Shown in pieces: positions 27,693 through 36,410 of a DNA stretch of 64,000 nucleotides; within the stretch, counting starts at the first letter, position 1; every line of letters begins with the position of its first letter. Under the pieces are notes generated by a model. That model worked only from the letters and a program-made list of their open reading frames with translations. It made no database searches and was not told the DNA's origin. Position numbers and translations under genes: made by a program. The DNA is taken from IMG/VR virus record IMGVR_UViG_3300020576_002722, positions 1-64,000 of that record. One strand, 5' to 3'. Source of the DNA: a virus. Lineage: Duplodnaviria; Heunggongvirae; Uroviricota; Caudoviricetes.

Positions 27693-28117
27693 GCAACGGA
27701 AGGATCATCGCCATCGATTTCGATGGCACATGCGTAACGCATGAGTACCCGAAGGTCGGAAAGGACATCGGCGCTGTGCCCGTCCTGAAGGCGCTGGTAG
27801 AGGCTGGACATGCCCTGATCCTGTACACGATGCGATCAGGTCAGACGCTCAATGATGCAGCCGACTGGTTCCGAAGGAACGGGATAGGGCTGACGGCCGT
27901 AAACGTGAACCCGTTCCAGTCTACCTGGTCCAGCTCGCCCAAGGTGTACGCTCAGTTGTACATCGATGACGCAGGGTTCGGGGCACCACTGGTGCTTCCG
28001 GATGGAGAACAGCGTCCGCACATTGATTGGGCGTTGGCTGAGAACTGGCTACGCCTGGCCGGGTACCTTCCCCAAGTCAAGGAAGCCAAGCAAGAAGAAC
28101 AAACCACCGAAGTATGA
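27689..28117 (+). CDS. HAD-superfamily phosphatase
   Basis: The start MSNGRIIAIDFDGTCV carries HAD motif I (DxDGT). ATGA coupling at both ends. Confidence 0.7.
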   Translation: MSNGRIIAIDFDGTCVTHEYPKVGKDIGAVPVLKALVEAGHALILYTMRSGQTLNDAADWFRRNGIGLTAVNVNPFQSTWSSSPKVYAQLYIDDAGFGAPLVLPDGEQRPHIDWALAENWLRLAGYLPQVKEAKQEEQTTEV

Positions 28118-30618
28118 TGAAGAAACTGTTACTGATCCTGTCACTGCTGGTCACCTCACTGTGCCCCGCCCAATACCCGGCGCAGACCGCGTCGGTACCC
28201 ATCTCTGCGGTGGCCAACGTGAGTCCCGCCAAGATCACGTTGACGTGGACCGCGTTCTCCGGGACGACCGGGTTCACCCTGTACCGCAAGACCAAGGCGC
28301 AGACCACCTGGACCCAGATCGCTACCCCGGCCAGCAATGCCACTACGTATGAGGACGCCACCGCAGTGGTCGGCACCTATTACGAGTACAAGCTGGTACG
28401 AACGGCGTCGGCCGGTACGGGTTACGGTTACATCGCCGCCGGGATCACGCTTCCTGTGGTCGACAGCCGTGGCAAGATGGTTCTCCTGGTGGCCGACAAC
28501 ATGACCACGCCGTTGGCAACTCCGCTATCGCAGCTTGTCGCTGACCTTCGCGGTGACGGATGGGTGGTACTGAGGCACGACGTCAGCACGAGCGCGTCAC
28601 CAACCACGATCAAGGCCGTGATCCAGTCCGACTACAACGCGGATCCAACGAACGTGAAGGCGGTGTTCATCTTCGGGCACGTCCCGGTACCCTACTCCGG
28701 CAACATCAACCCGGACGGGCACGGCAACCACCAGGGCGCTTGGCCCTGCGACGGCTACTACGGTGACATGGATGGAGTGTGGACCGACAGCACGGTCAAC
28801 AACACGTCGTCCAGCGCTGACGGAACCAGGAACGACAATGTACCGGGTGACGGCAAGTTCGATCAGAGCAGCTACCCGAGCGCACTTGAACTCCAGGTGG
28901 GTCGCGTTGACCTGTACAACATGGAGTCGTTCTCGTTCTACGCTGGACTCAGCGAGACGCAGCTGCTGACCAACTACCTGACCAAGCTGCACAACTTCAA
29001 GATCAAGCAGTTCACTCCGACGTTCAGGGGTGGCGTGTTCGACAACTTCGAGGACGTGTCGCAGCCATTGCTAGCTGGCGGATACCGCAGTGTGTTCTCC
29101 AATGTGGGCCCATCCAATACCACCGACTGGAACGGTAACGGTTCACCGTACAGCTCCTACATCAACGGGCAGAGCTACCTGTGGACGGCGACCGCCGGCG
29201 GTGGACAGTTCACCAGCTCGCAGAACGTGACCAGCACAGGTGAGCTGGCTCAGTCGGTGGTCAACGGTGCCATCTTCAACCAGATGATCGGCAGCTACTT
29301 CGGCGACTGGGACTGCATGAACAACTTCCTCAGGGCACCCTTGTGCAGCGGCAACGGTCTCACCAACTGCTACAACGGGCTCCCGGCCTTCTTCTGGTTA
29401 CACCACATGGGCATGGGCGACAATATCGGGTACGGTACCCTGGTCTCCATGAACAACGTGGCCACTACTGGGACCTATCAGCCACAGGGACCAGCCTACC
29501 AGGGGGTGAGCGCCGGCAATAACCGGGTGAACATGGGCCTCATGGGGGACCCCAGCCTCCGCCAGATCTCCGTGGCACCACCTTCCAACCTGGCCATCAC
29601 CAACTCAGGAGGGTTCGCCTCGTGGTCTTGGACGGCGGCAAGCGGATCACCGCTCGGCTACCACGTATACGACCTGGGTACCGGATCTACTGCACCGGTG
29701 AGGCTTACGACGGATCCAGTGAATGCCACCAGCTGGAGCCCTGGCACCGTCCCTTTCGTCGCGGCCCGTCAGTACATGGTACGAGCGGTCGTCCTCACGA
29801 CCGGGGCCACCGGCACTTACTACAACATGTCCCTGGGGGCACTGGGGACATCGGCATCTACTCCGACCATCCTTGTCAGCCCGCGTGCATTCCTGGAGGG
29901 ACCATACGTCAGCGGCGTAGGCACAATGTCCGACGGGCTCCGCACCCTGTCCACGTTTCCCCTCAGCGATCCATATCCAGCGCTCGGCTACGTACACGTT
30001 GGGACCGGCGCTACTGGAACCATCAACGCTTCGGCTCTCACTGTTACCGGCAACAACGCCATCGTTGACTGGGTTGTCGTTGAGATACGATCCAACGCTT
30101 CCCCGTATGCTGTCGTTGCAAGCAAGAGTGTCCTCGTCCAGCGCGACGGTGACGTTGTGGATCGGGATGGTACCTCGGCGGTATCGTTCCAGGTCGCGGC
30201 GGCTACATATCGGGTTGCGGTGAGGCATCGGAACCACCTGGGTATCATGTCTGGTGCCGGTATCGCGCTCACCACGACGACCACTGCCGTCAACTTCACG
30301 TCGACCAACACATCGATGTATGGAACCAGCCCGCGCAAGCAGATCATTGGATCATTCACCACCTGGGTCATGTACGCCGGCGATGTGAACTTCAACCGCC
30401 AGATCAAGTACGTGGGATCGGCCAACGACAACGACCCGATCCTCGTGGCCGTGGGTGGAACCACACCGAACAACACGATCACCAACACGTACAGCGGTGC
30501 CGACACGAACATGGACGGCCTGATCAAGTACACGGGCAGCCTGAACGATCGCGACATCGTCCTGGTGAACGTTGGCGGAACGACACCGAACGCAGTGCGT
30601 AACGCGCAGTTACCGTAA
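28114..30618 (+). CDS. large secreted protein with an FN3-like domain and C-terminal Asp-rich (calcium-binding/dockerin-like) repeats
   Basis: Signal peptide MMKKLLLILSLLVTSLCPAQ. The FN3-like segment is PAKITLTWTAFSGTTGFTLYRKTKAQTTW...YYEYKLVR. The C-terminal repeats are GDVNFNRQIKYVGSANDNDPILVAVGGTTPNN and GADTNMDGLIKYTGSLNDRDIVLVNVGGTTPNA. Confidence 0.8.
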   Translation: MMKKLLLILSLLVTSLCPAQYPAQTASVPISAVANVSPAKITLTWTAFSGTTGFTLYRKTKAQTTWTQIATPASNATTYEDATAVVGTYYEYKLVRTASAGTGYGYIAAGITLPVVDSRGKMVLLVADNMTTPLATPLSQLVADLRGDGWVVLRHDVSTSASPTTIKAVIQSDYNADPTNVKAVFIFGHVPVPYSGNINPDGHGNHQGAWPCDGYYGDMDGVWTDSTVNNTSSSADGTRNDNVPGDGKFDQSSYPSALELQVGRVDLYNMESFSFYAGLSETQLLTNYLTKLHNFKIKQFTPTFRGGVFDNFEDVSQPLLAGGYRSVFSNVGPSNTTDWNGNGSPYSSYINGQSYLWTATAGGGQFTSSQNVTSTGELAQSVVNGAIFNQMIGSYFGDWDCMNNFLRAPLCSGNGLTNCYNGLPAFFWLHHMGMGDNIGYGTLVSMNNVATTGTYQPQGPAYQGVSAGNNRVNMGLMGDPSLRQISVAPPSNLAITNSGGFASWSWTAASGSPLGYHVYDLGTGSTAPVRLTTDPVNATSWSPGTVPFVAARQYMVRAVVLTTGATGTYYNMSLGALGTSASTPTILVSPRAFLEGPYVSGVGTMSDGLRTLSTFPLSDPYPALGYVHVGTGATGTINASALTVTGNNAIVDWVVVEIRSNASPYAVVASKSVLVQRDGDVVDRDGTSAVSFQVAAATYRVAVRHRNHLGIMSGAGIALTTTTTAVNFTSTNTSMYGTSPRKQIIGSFTTWVMYAGDVNFNRQIKYVGSANDNDPILVAVGGTTPNNTITNTYSGADTNMDGLIKYTGSLNDRDIVLVNVGGTTPNAVRNAQLP

Positions 30619-30640
30619 CCAGATAGGAGGCCGGTCAATG

Positions 30641-30676
30641 AAAGGGGCTAAGGAGGTTGCACTCCGAGGCCCCTTT
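30641..30676. terminator. long-loop hairpin AAAGGGGC...GCCCCTTT after the secreted-protein gene
   Basis: 8-bp stem with a 20-nt loop, followed by CGATTT. A weak terminator candidate. Confidence 0.35.
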
Positions 30677-30694
30677 CGATTTACCTGGAATACG

Positions 30695-30702
30695 TATCTT
30701 TG
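30695..30702 (+). promoter_or_regulatory. TAnnTTTG -7 box (TATCTTTG) for the HNH gene
   Basis: It lies 7 nt upstream of the ATG at 30710, in a low-GC patch. Confidence 0.4.
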
Positions 30703-30709
30703 ATTCCAA

Positions 30710-31105
30710 ATGGATATCAACTGTACTAAGTGTGGTTCCCTGATCAGGGCCGACAACAGAAGGTCAAAGAGTCGCTGGTGCAAGGAGTGTCACAAGGAGT
30801 ACGACAGAGCCAGGTATGCGCAGAACGCAGACTCAAGAAAGGCAGCGATCAAGGCACAACGCATATCTGTTCAAGAGTTTGTAGACGAGATCAAGAGAAC
30901 GTCTCCATGCACTGACTGCGGGGGATATTTTCATCCGGCCGTAATGGAATACGATCATCTGCCAGGAAGCAAGAAGACGGAGACTCCGTCAAACCTTGCC
31001 AGGACAGGAAGGAAGAACAGGTTCATTGAAGAGATCAAGGGGTGCGAACTGGTGTGCGCAAACTGCCACAGGATGAGGACCGTTCTACGCAGGAGGAAGC
31101 GCTAG
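30710..31105 (+). CDS. HNH endonuclease (free-standing)
   Basis: There are Cys pairs at the N-terminus (CTKCG...CKECH) and the motifs YDHLPGSKK...ELVCANCH. Local GC is lower. Confidence 0.8.
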   Translation: MDINCTKCGSLIRADNRRSKSRWCKECHKEYDRARYAQNADSRKAAIKAQRISVQEFVDEIKRTSPCTDCGGYFHPAVMEYDHLPGSKKTETPSNLARTGRKNRFIEEIKGCELVCANCHRMRTVLRRRKR

Positions 31106-31581
31106 AGCTTCAGTCCGGCCAGGTCGAAGATACCGATGCACTCCAGTAGCATCTGGTGCCCTCTGGTAGTGAGCGAGCAGTCGGACACGTCGCCGTTGTG
31201 CTCGATGAATCCTTCGCGATCGAGCATGGCCAGGATCGTATCCAGGTGGCCGGATGGGAACATCCTTCGGAGCACGCCGTCCCACTTGATCCAGTGACAG
31301 AACCCCTGCTGGGGGTCGTCGCGCTCGTCGATGATGTAGAGGGCTGACGCGATGTGCGACAGGACTACCATAGAGGAGTCGCCGGCCGCCATACCCATCA
31401 GCCTGATCATGGCCAGCGGCTCATTGATGAACTGGTCAGACTCGTTGCCGTACAGCTCGATCTGTTCAGACAAGGTCCACAGGTCCGGATAGAGCGGATG
31501 CGGGATGATCAGCGGCTGCGACTCGATCTCTATGATGTTGAGCTGGTCCTCAAGCAGGGATACGGTATCTGACATGGCCAT
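31102..31581 (-). CDS. hypothetical protein (159 aa)
   Basis: Clean ORF. Its stop overlaps the convergent HNH stop (CTAG). Confidence 0.6.
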   Translation of the reverse strand: MAMSDTVSLLEDQLNIIEIESQPLIIPHPLYPDLWTLSEQIELYGNESDQFINEPLAMIRLMGMAAGDSSMVVLSHIASALYIIDERDDPQQGFCHWIKWDGVLRRMFPSGHLDTILAMLDREGFIEHNGDVSDCSLTTRGHQMLLECIGIFDLAGLKL

Positions 31582-31606
31582 CTATTCGATACAGCTAAGG
31601 TACGGA

Positions 31607-31990
31607 TCAGCGCCCGGATCGAGGGTAGAAGACCCCTTTCATGTAGTCGTTCACGTCTGTCATGAACTCCTCTAGGGAGCGGCATTCATAGACTATCCAT
31701 CCAGCCTCTGAGAACCTGATCTGCATCTCTTTCTGTGACTCGGATAGCTTGCCTTTGTCAGACTTCATCTCGATGGCCATGCCGCAGACGTGCGTATCTC
31801 CATACGTCCTGGGATGGCACACCAGGATATCAGGGACTCCGGCCAGTACCCCCATGTCCTTCCACAATTTCCCCATGTGTGGACTCCCGGCATCTCTGCC
31901 ATTGGGAGGGTGGAACGCCAGGACGTTAGGGTACTGTAACCGGAGCCACTTGATACACGCCTTCTGGAGCGCTTGTTCTGGACGCTTCAT
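31607..31990 (-). CDS. VRR-NUC (PD-(D/E)xK) nuclease
   Basis: The start MKRPEQALQKACIKWL has an ATGA overlap with the RNA ligase stop. The catalytic motifs are GVPDILV ... GMAIEMKSDKGKLSESQ. Confidence 0.8.
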   Translation of the reverse strand: MKRPEQALQKACIKWLRLQYPNVLAFHPPNGRDAGSPHMGKLWKDMGVLAGVPDILVCHPRTYGDTHVCGMAIEMKSDKGKLSESQKEMQIRFSEAGWIVYECRSLEEFMTDVNDYMKGVFYPRSGR

Positions 31991-33063
31991 TCCTCGTACT
32001 TGAGAAGGAACTGAGGATTGATCGCCTTGAACGATATGCGTCCACGGGTCACCGTCTTGCCGGTGATGAAGGTCTCGGTCATCTCTTCCAGGCTGCGCAC
32101 CACGATCCCCTCGGCCCATACGTCGGGGTTGATGGCGCTCTTGCGGGTGGCGAAACCAACCAGCTCGTCAACACTGAGGGCACCAAGGGTGAGGCAGTCG
32201 ATGTACGGGACCATCTTCAGGTCCATCGATCCGAATGCGACTGCGGCATCGCTAGGCAGGTACGGCTTGCCGGCATCGATGTCGAACACGTTGAAGAAGA
32301 GAACCTTGCGGCCGGTCAGCTTGTACTTGTTGCCCTGGATCCCTTCGCCGATCAGCTCGCCCTGGATGGCGATGTTCTTGCCGTAGTCGCGGAGCTTCTG
32401 CTCGACGTTCATCTCTCGGGCGTACTGCCAGAACGCATTCCTTTCGTCCTCCTTCAGCTCCAGGTTGCGCGAGCAGACCCCGAACTCCCCGTTGTACAGG
32501 TAGAAGGTAGCGCTGCTGCCGTCCATCTTCTCGCGGATCTCCACCTGCGCTGCGGCGTACTTGTCCAGGATGCCTGGCATGTTCTGGATCCGCTCCTCGT
32601 CCGTCTTGTGGATGAAGGATGGGAAGTAGCCGCGCACGGTACCGCCCAGGCAGGCCGGGATGGCGGGCTCGTACTTGATGATGCCGAGCAGCTCTGTCAC
32701 ATCGTACCCTTCTGCTGACAAGCCCAAGGCTGCGAACAGCTCGTGCTCGGCCGTGATAACATCGGCAAGGATCGACACCGGCATCATCAGGCCCTGGGAT
32801 ACCTGTCCCTTGAGTTTGATGGTGCGCACACGCATGTGGCGTGGCTTCATGAACTCGAACTCTGGTCGGTCAGGAAGGATGCTGTCCGGCTCTATGAATA
32901 CGATCGAATCGCCAATTCTGTGTCCGGCATCGTTCCTGATCACGCACTTCCACCCCAATACGCTGGCTACGGACACTTCGTCGGCTCCGGGTATTGGCTG
33001 GATGTCAGAGATCGTCTGTATGCTTGCAAGTTTTCTGCTCATGATTTTGTGTTTGAGAGCCAT
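31987..33063 (-). CDS. ATP-dependent RNA ligase (DRB0094/Rnl5-like)
   Basis: The N-terminal module is RKLASIQTISDIQPIPGADEVSVASVLGWKCVIR. Nucleotidyl-transferase motif I is EKMDGSS (KxDG). Downstream motifs are EGIVVR and ISFKAINPQF. Confidence 0.85.
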   Translation of the reverse strand: MALKHKIMSRKLASIQTISDIQPIPGADEVSVASVLGWKCVIRNDAGHRIGDSIVFIEPDSILPDRPEFEFMKPRHMRVRTIKLKGQVSQGLMMPVSILADVITAEHELFAALGLSAEGYDVTELLGIIKYEPAIPACLGGTVRGYFPSFIHKTDEERIQNMPGILDKYAAAQVEIREKMDGSSATFYLYNGEFGVCSRNLELKEDERNAFWQYAREMNVEQKLRDYGKNIAIQGELIGEGIQGNKYKLTGRKVLFFNVFDIDAGKPYLPSDAAVAFGSMDLKMVPYIDCLTLGALSVDELVGFATRKSAINPDVWAEGIVVRSLEEMTETFITGKTVTRGRISFKAINPQFLLKYEE

Positions 33064-33458
33064 TCGATCGCTGATCGTAGGCGGTTAACGTCATCTTTCA
33101 AGTGGCCTATTCCCTTATTACAGGCAGAGCACAGGAGTCCCCTGACCCTACCGGTCTTGTGGTCGTGATCTACTGTCACTGTATCCATTGCTTGACCCTT
33201 GGTCTTTGTGGGCATCTTCATCTTGCACTTGCATATACCACACTCTCCGCGAAACGCCATCCACATGGCGTCAAACTCGCCCGGATCAAGCCCATACTTC
33301 TTGCTCAGGTGCCAGTTCCTGCGATATATGGATATGTCTGCATGTATGCGTCTATGCGATCCATTGCATTTGTAACAACGGACTGACTTATTTCCAGCCG
33401 TACCGGTTCCGCAGTCAATGCAGTGGCCTCTGATCCTACGCGTCTTGACTAACTCCAT
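33039..33458 (-). CDS. recombination endonuclease VII-like protein
   Basis: The sequence CGICKCKM...VDHDHKTGRVRGLLCSACNKGIG is the endo VII signature. Confidence 0.85.
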   Translation of the reverse strand: MELVKTRRIRGHCIDCGTGTAGNKSVRCYKCNGSHRRIHADISIYRRNWHLSKKYGLDPGEFDAMWMAFRGECGICKCKMKMPTKTKGQAMDTVTVDHDHKTGRVRGLLCSACNKGIGHLKDDVNRLRSAIEWLSNTKS

Positions 33459-33906
33459 TTGCTTCGTTGCGTAATGTATCCCTTCTCATGAACATGATGA
33501 TCCACGACTCCTGATCACCGTGCTTGCCAGATTCAAGATCCTCCCGGTTATTGTCATGCCAAGACTGGTGACAATGGCCGCAAACGATGCGGATATTCCG
33601 AGGATCCGTCTTGTAGTTCCTATACGTTCCCCTCTCAAGGAGGTGGGAGAAGTTGATCGGCTGCGGTGGATCGGATATTGGAATGCCGCATACCTCACAG
33701 CAGTGTTCCCGTAGGCCAAGATCATCACCGGTCTCCCAGATCTCCAGGGCTGCTTTCCACCAGCCCTTGTTTGATGGTGCCCTCTTCCGAAGTGGCTTCC
33801 TCTTGCTCTCCAGCTTCGACGCCTTCGTCACCAGGCCCCTCTTCATCATCTCCGTCAACGATGGCTTGGTGAACGGCTTCCTTGCGAGCTGCTTTTTCCT
33901 GAGCAT
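33436..33906 (-). CDS. HNH/NinG-like nuclease (start uncertain)
   Basis: It carries CCEVCG...HLLERGTYRNYKTDPRNIRIVCGHCH. Its 5' 180 nt overlaps the 3' end of the upstream ORF in another frame. Confidence 0.6.
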   Translation of the reverse strand: MLRKKQLARKPFTKPSLTEMMKRGLVTKASKLESKRKPLRKRAPSNKGWWKAALEIWETGDDLGLREHCCEVCGIPISDPPQPINFSHLLERGTYRNYKTDPRNIRIVCGHCHQSWHDNNREDLESGKHGDQESWIIMFMRRDTLRNEANGVSQDA

Positions 33907-34183
33907 TGGTGGTGAGTTCGTTGAACAGTGTGTCGGCGGACTCCTGGTCCATGCGGATCCAGGCGATCTGGCCGACCATCTCGTTGGACCAGAGCCGTTC
34001 GCCGGCCGGGATCACGTTGCCTGCGATTGTTCCGCCTTTGTCGCGGTGGATGTAGCCAACCTCGAAGGCTACCTGCCTTCCCTTGTCGCGCTGGATGAAC
34101 ATGGCGACATGCTCGTTGCGCTTGACCAGGTCGTAGTCGTACCCGTTCTTGCGGTAGTGTTCCTTGAGTGGGTTCATGATCAT
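33725..34183 (-). CDS. hypothetical protein with acidic C-terminal tail
   Basis: ATGA overlap with the upstream gene. The tail is DGDDEEGPGDEGVEAGEQEEATSEE. Confidence 0.55.
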   Translation of the reverse strand: MIMNPLKEHYRKNGYDYDLVKRNEHVAMFIQRDKGRQVAFEVGYIHRDKGGTIAGNVIPAGERLWSNEMVGQIAWIRMDQESADTLFNELTTNAQEKAARKEAVHQAIVDGDDEEGPGDEGVEAGEQEEATSEEGTIKQGLVESSPGDLGDR

Positions 34184-34488
34184 GCGTCTACGAGTTGAAG
34201 TTCATCTTCGTTCACTGTGTCCTTGTCGAGTACCTTGTCGGTGGGCGCGAACAGCTGCTCCAGGATCCAGGTCTGCGGATCATTGTGCCGCTCCATGCCG
34301 CAGATACATCGGCCGGCCGGCCTCATTCCTGGTGGCACCTGTTGTGTCACGCCGACATCAACGGACATCGTGCCGCAGTTGAGGCATCTGGTCTGGTCGA
34401 TCACATGGTAGTGTTTGCCTACCTGTACCAGGTTCTGGGAGTGCCGCTTGATGCAGACCACCTCCGATCCGATGTGTATCCCGCTCAT
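34180..34488 (-). CDS. hypothetical Cys-containing protein (102 aa)
   Basis: The ORF carries CLNCG...CICG, a possible zinc ribbon. Confidence 0.55.
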   Translation of the reverse strand: MSGIHIGSEVVCIKRHSQNLVQVGKHYHVIDQTRCLNCGTMSVDVGVTQQVPPGMRPAGRCICGMERHNDPQTWILEQLFAPTDKVLDKDTVNEDELQLVDA

Positions 34489-34661
34489 AGCACAGACAGT
34501 ACTGGTGACAGTATTGCGGCGATGATCGCGATCATGATCACCCTGGCTACAAGCGACACGACGACGGGCTTATCGGCGTGCGATCTCCTTGCCCTCCTGG
34601 CATCCGATGCACCATGATGTACCTTGATGGATGCGTGCCTGGTAACGTTGTTCGTCTTCAT
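34485..34661 (-). CDS. small membrane protein (58 aa, below the ORF-track cutoff)
   Basis: Hand translation: MKTNNVTRHASIKVHHGASDARRARRSHADKPVVVSLVARVIMIAIIAAILSPVLSVL. The stop forms an ATGA overlap with the next start at 34488. Confidence 0.4.
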   Translation of the reverse strand: MKTNNVTRHASIKVHHGASDARRARRSHADKPVVVSLVARVIMIAIIAAILSPVLSVL

Positions 34662-34673
34662 GAGGCTGCAATG

Positions 34674-35057
34674 TTACTCACCGTTAGGGTTCCATCCAAG
34701 TCCTTGTGACGGAACGTTGGGCTTAGGCTCCTCGTCCGGGAACAAGCCTGGGATCTCGGGTGGCTTCTGCATGGTCGGCTGCCTCTTGATAGACTTCTTC
34801 CGGTCGATCATGTCGCACGCCTCTTGGATGGTGATCGGGTCTCCGCTGGCCGACCTGCACACGATGCGCTTGATTCCGCTCTCTGTGCCGACGACCTGCT
34901 TCCTGCCGGCCTTCTTGTCGTTCTCGTCACGGGGTACCTCGTCCCGGCCCGTGGTCCTCCACGCCTCGAACGACCCGTCAGGGTGCCGGTACACCGCGTA
35001 CCCGTTCCAGTGCATCACGTACTCAGGCTGACTTGGTGGGATCGATAATTGGTTCAT
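34674..35057 (-). CDS. hypothetical protein (127 aa)
   Basis: ORF of coding-like composition. Confidence 0.55.
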   Translation of the reverse strand: MNQLSIPPSQPEYVMHWNGYAVYRHPDGSFEAWRTTGRDEVPRDENDKKAGRKQVVGTESGIKRIVCRSASGDPITIQEACDMIDRKKSIKRQPTMQKPPEIPGLFPDEEPKPNVPSQGLGWNPNGE

Positions 35058-35244
35058 TGATGAAGTGGTCTTTTGCTGTGTTGACTGCGCTTACGAACAG
35101 GGTGGCCTCGTGCAGTGATCGGCCAGGCATCACCTTGACGTTGAACTTCTTCTTGGCCAGGATGTACTGCTCGATCAGCCAGATGCCTTCCGGGATGGAT
35201 GTCTCGGCCTTGTGCGCCATCTCCTTGGCCATGAAGTTGGTCAT
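35023..35244 (-). CDS. hypothetical protein (73 aa)
   Basis: The start MTNFMAKEMAHK has an ATGA overlap with the primase stop. Confidence 0.5.
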   Translation of the reverse strand: MTNFMAKEMAHKAETSIPEGIWLIEQYILAKKKFNVKVMPGRSLHEATLFVSAVNTAKDHFINEPIIDPTKSA

Positions 35245-36410
35245 GATATGGTGATGTTGTTGACGTCCAGGTCCAGTTCCTTGATCATGTGATCGATGGC
35301 TGGATTGATCTCGATCAGCTTGTCGATGGCCGGTATCCCGCAATTATCCCCCACATTCTGCGGGATGAGCGTGGGCTTGATCATCTCCTTGGCCTCTGGC
35401 GTCACCTCGATCCCTTCCATCTCACCCTTGAGGATGAGCGTCGGAGTGCCACTATTTGGCTTCGGGTCCTCGAACTCGTCATCGATGGCGTGGCCCTCGA
35501 TCAGAAGGTCAGCAATGTCGATCCCGATCTCGCGCTCGGCGTCACTGGCCACCGTCTCCACGTAGGAGCTGACGTGCATCGACAGGAACAGTGGCTCATA
35601 CTGGTCGGCCAGCTTGTTCCACTCGACGAACCCCTTGCCGGCGTCCGGGAAGATGTACACCCTGCGCCCGTTGAGCGGAAGCATCTTGCGTCCCGACATG
35701 TTTCCGCTGCCGCCCGTGGCTACCCATACGATGTCCGGGTAGAAGAAGCGACCGACCAGTGCGGTCTTCTCGCTCTCTACCAGGGCCACCTTGGCGTCGG
35801 GGTACGCGGCCAACAGGTGCTCACCGAAGAGGCATTGGATAGCCCCGATCTCGCTCCCCTTCTTGCCAGTGATGATGCGGCTGATCCAGGTAGGGGTCAC
35901 ATCCTTGTCCCGGCGGAACCCCTTGTACTGCATCAGCTTGCCGTTGAGCAGTTCGCCTTTGGCATTGAACTGCCAGAACACGGTGGCGTTCTCCCACTTC
36001 TCGCTGCCCTTGATCTTGGGGAAGGTGCCGACACAGTACTCGGACCAGATGGGCTCGATCGCCTCTCCGAACTTCGCCCGCAGATCCCTCCACAGGGGGT
36101 TCATCCCGTGGCTGCGGGTCTTCTCGTACTTACCAGCCGGCACCCTCCAGTCGTCGCGCACCGGCTCCGGTGGCGGCAGAGGCTTCCGTTCAACCTGGCC
36201 GAAGCCACCCTTCGATCTTATGTAGTCCATCGCTGTGTACAGGTATCCGCAACTGTTCTCCCGATCGCACACACCCACCTCTTCGGGAAGAAGCTCTCCA
36301 GACACCGTGTCCATGTACCGGCGGAACCTCTTTCGACCACACTGTGGACACTGGGTCTTCTCTGTTCCGTGGGCCAGTCGGTAGCGTGCGGCCGGGTTCT
36401 TCAGACTCAT
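35241..36410 (-). CDS. DNA primase (zinc finger plus Toprim)
   Basis: The start MSLKNPAARY has an ATGA overlap with the helicase stop. The zinc finger is CPQCGRKRF...CDRENSCGY. The Toprim glutamate is VALVESEKTAL and the acidic motif is YIFPDAG. Confidence 0.8.
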   Translation of the reverse strand: MSLKNPAARYRLAHGTEKTQCPQCGRKRFRRYMDTVSGELLPEEVGVCDRENSCGYLYTAMDYIRSKGGFGQVERKPLPPPEPVRDDWRVPAGKYEKTRSHGMNPLWRDLRAKFGEAIEPIWSEYCVGTFPKIKGSEKWENATVFWQFNAKGELLNGKLMQYKGFRRDKDVTPTWISRIITGKKGSEIGAIQCLFGEHLLAAYPDAKVALVESEKTALVGRFFYPDIVWVATGGSGNMSGRKMLPLNGRRVYIFPDAGKGFVEWNKLADQYEPLFLSMHVSSYVETVASDAEREIGIDIADLLIEGHAIDDEFEDPKPNSGTPTLILKGEMEGIEVTPEAKEMIKPTLIPQNVGDNCGIPAIDKLIEINPAIDHMIKELDLDVNNITIS

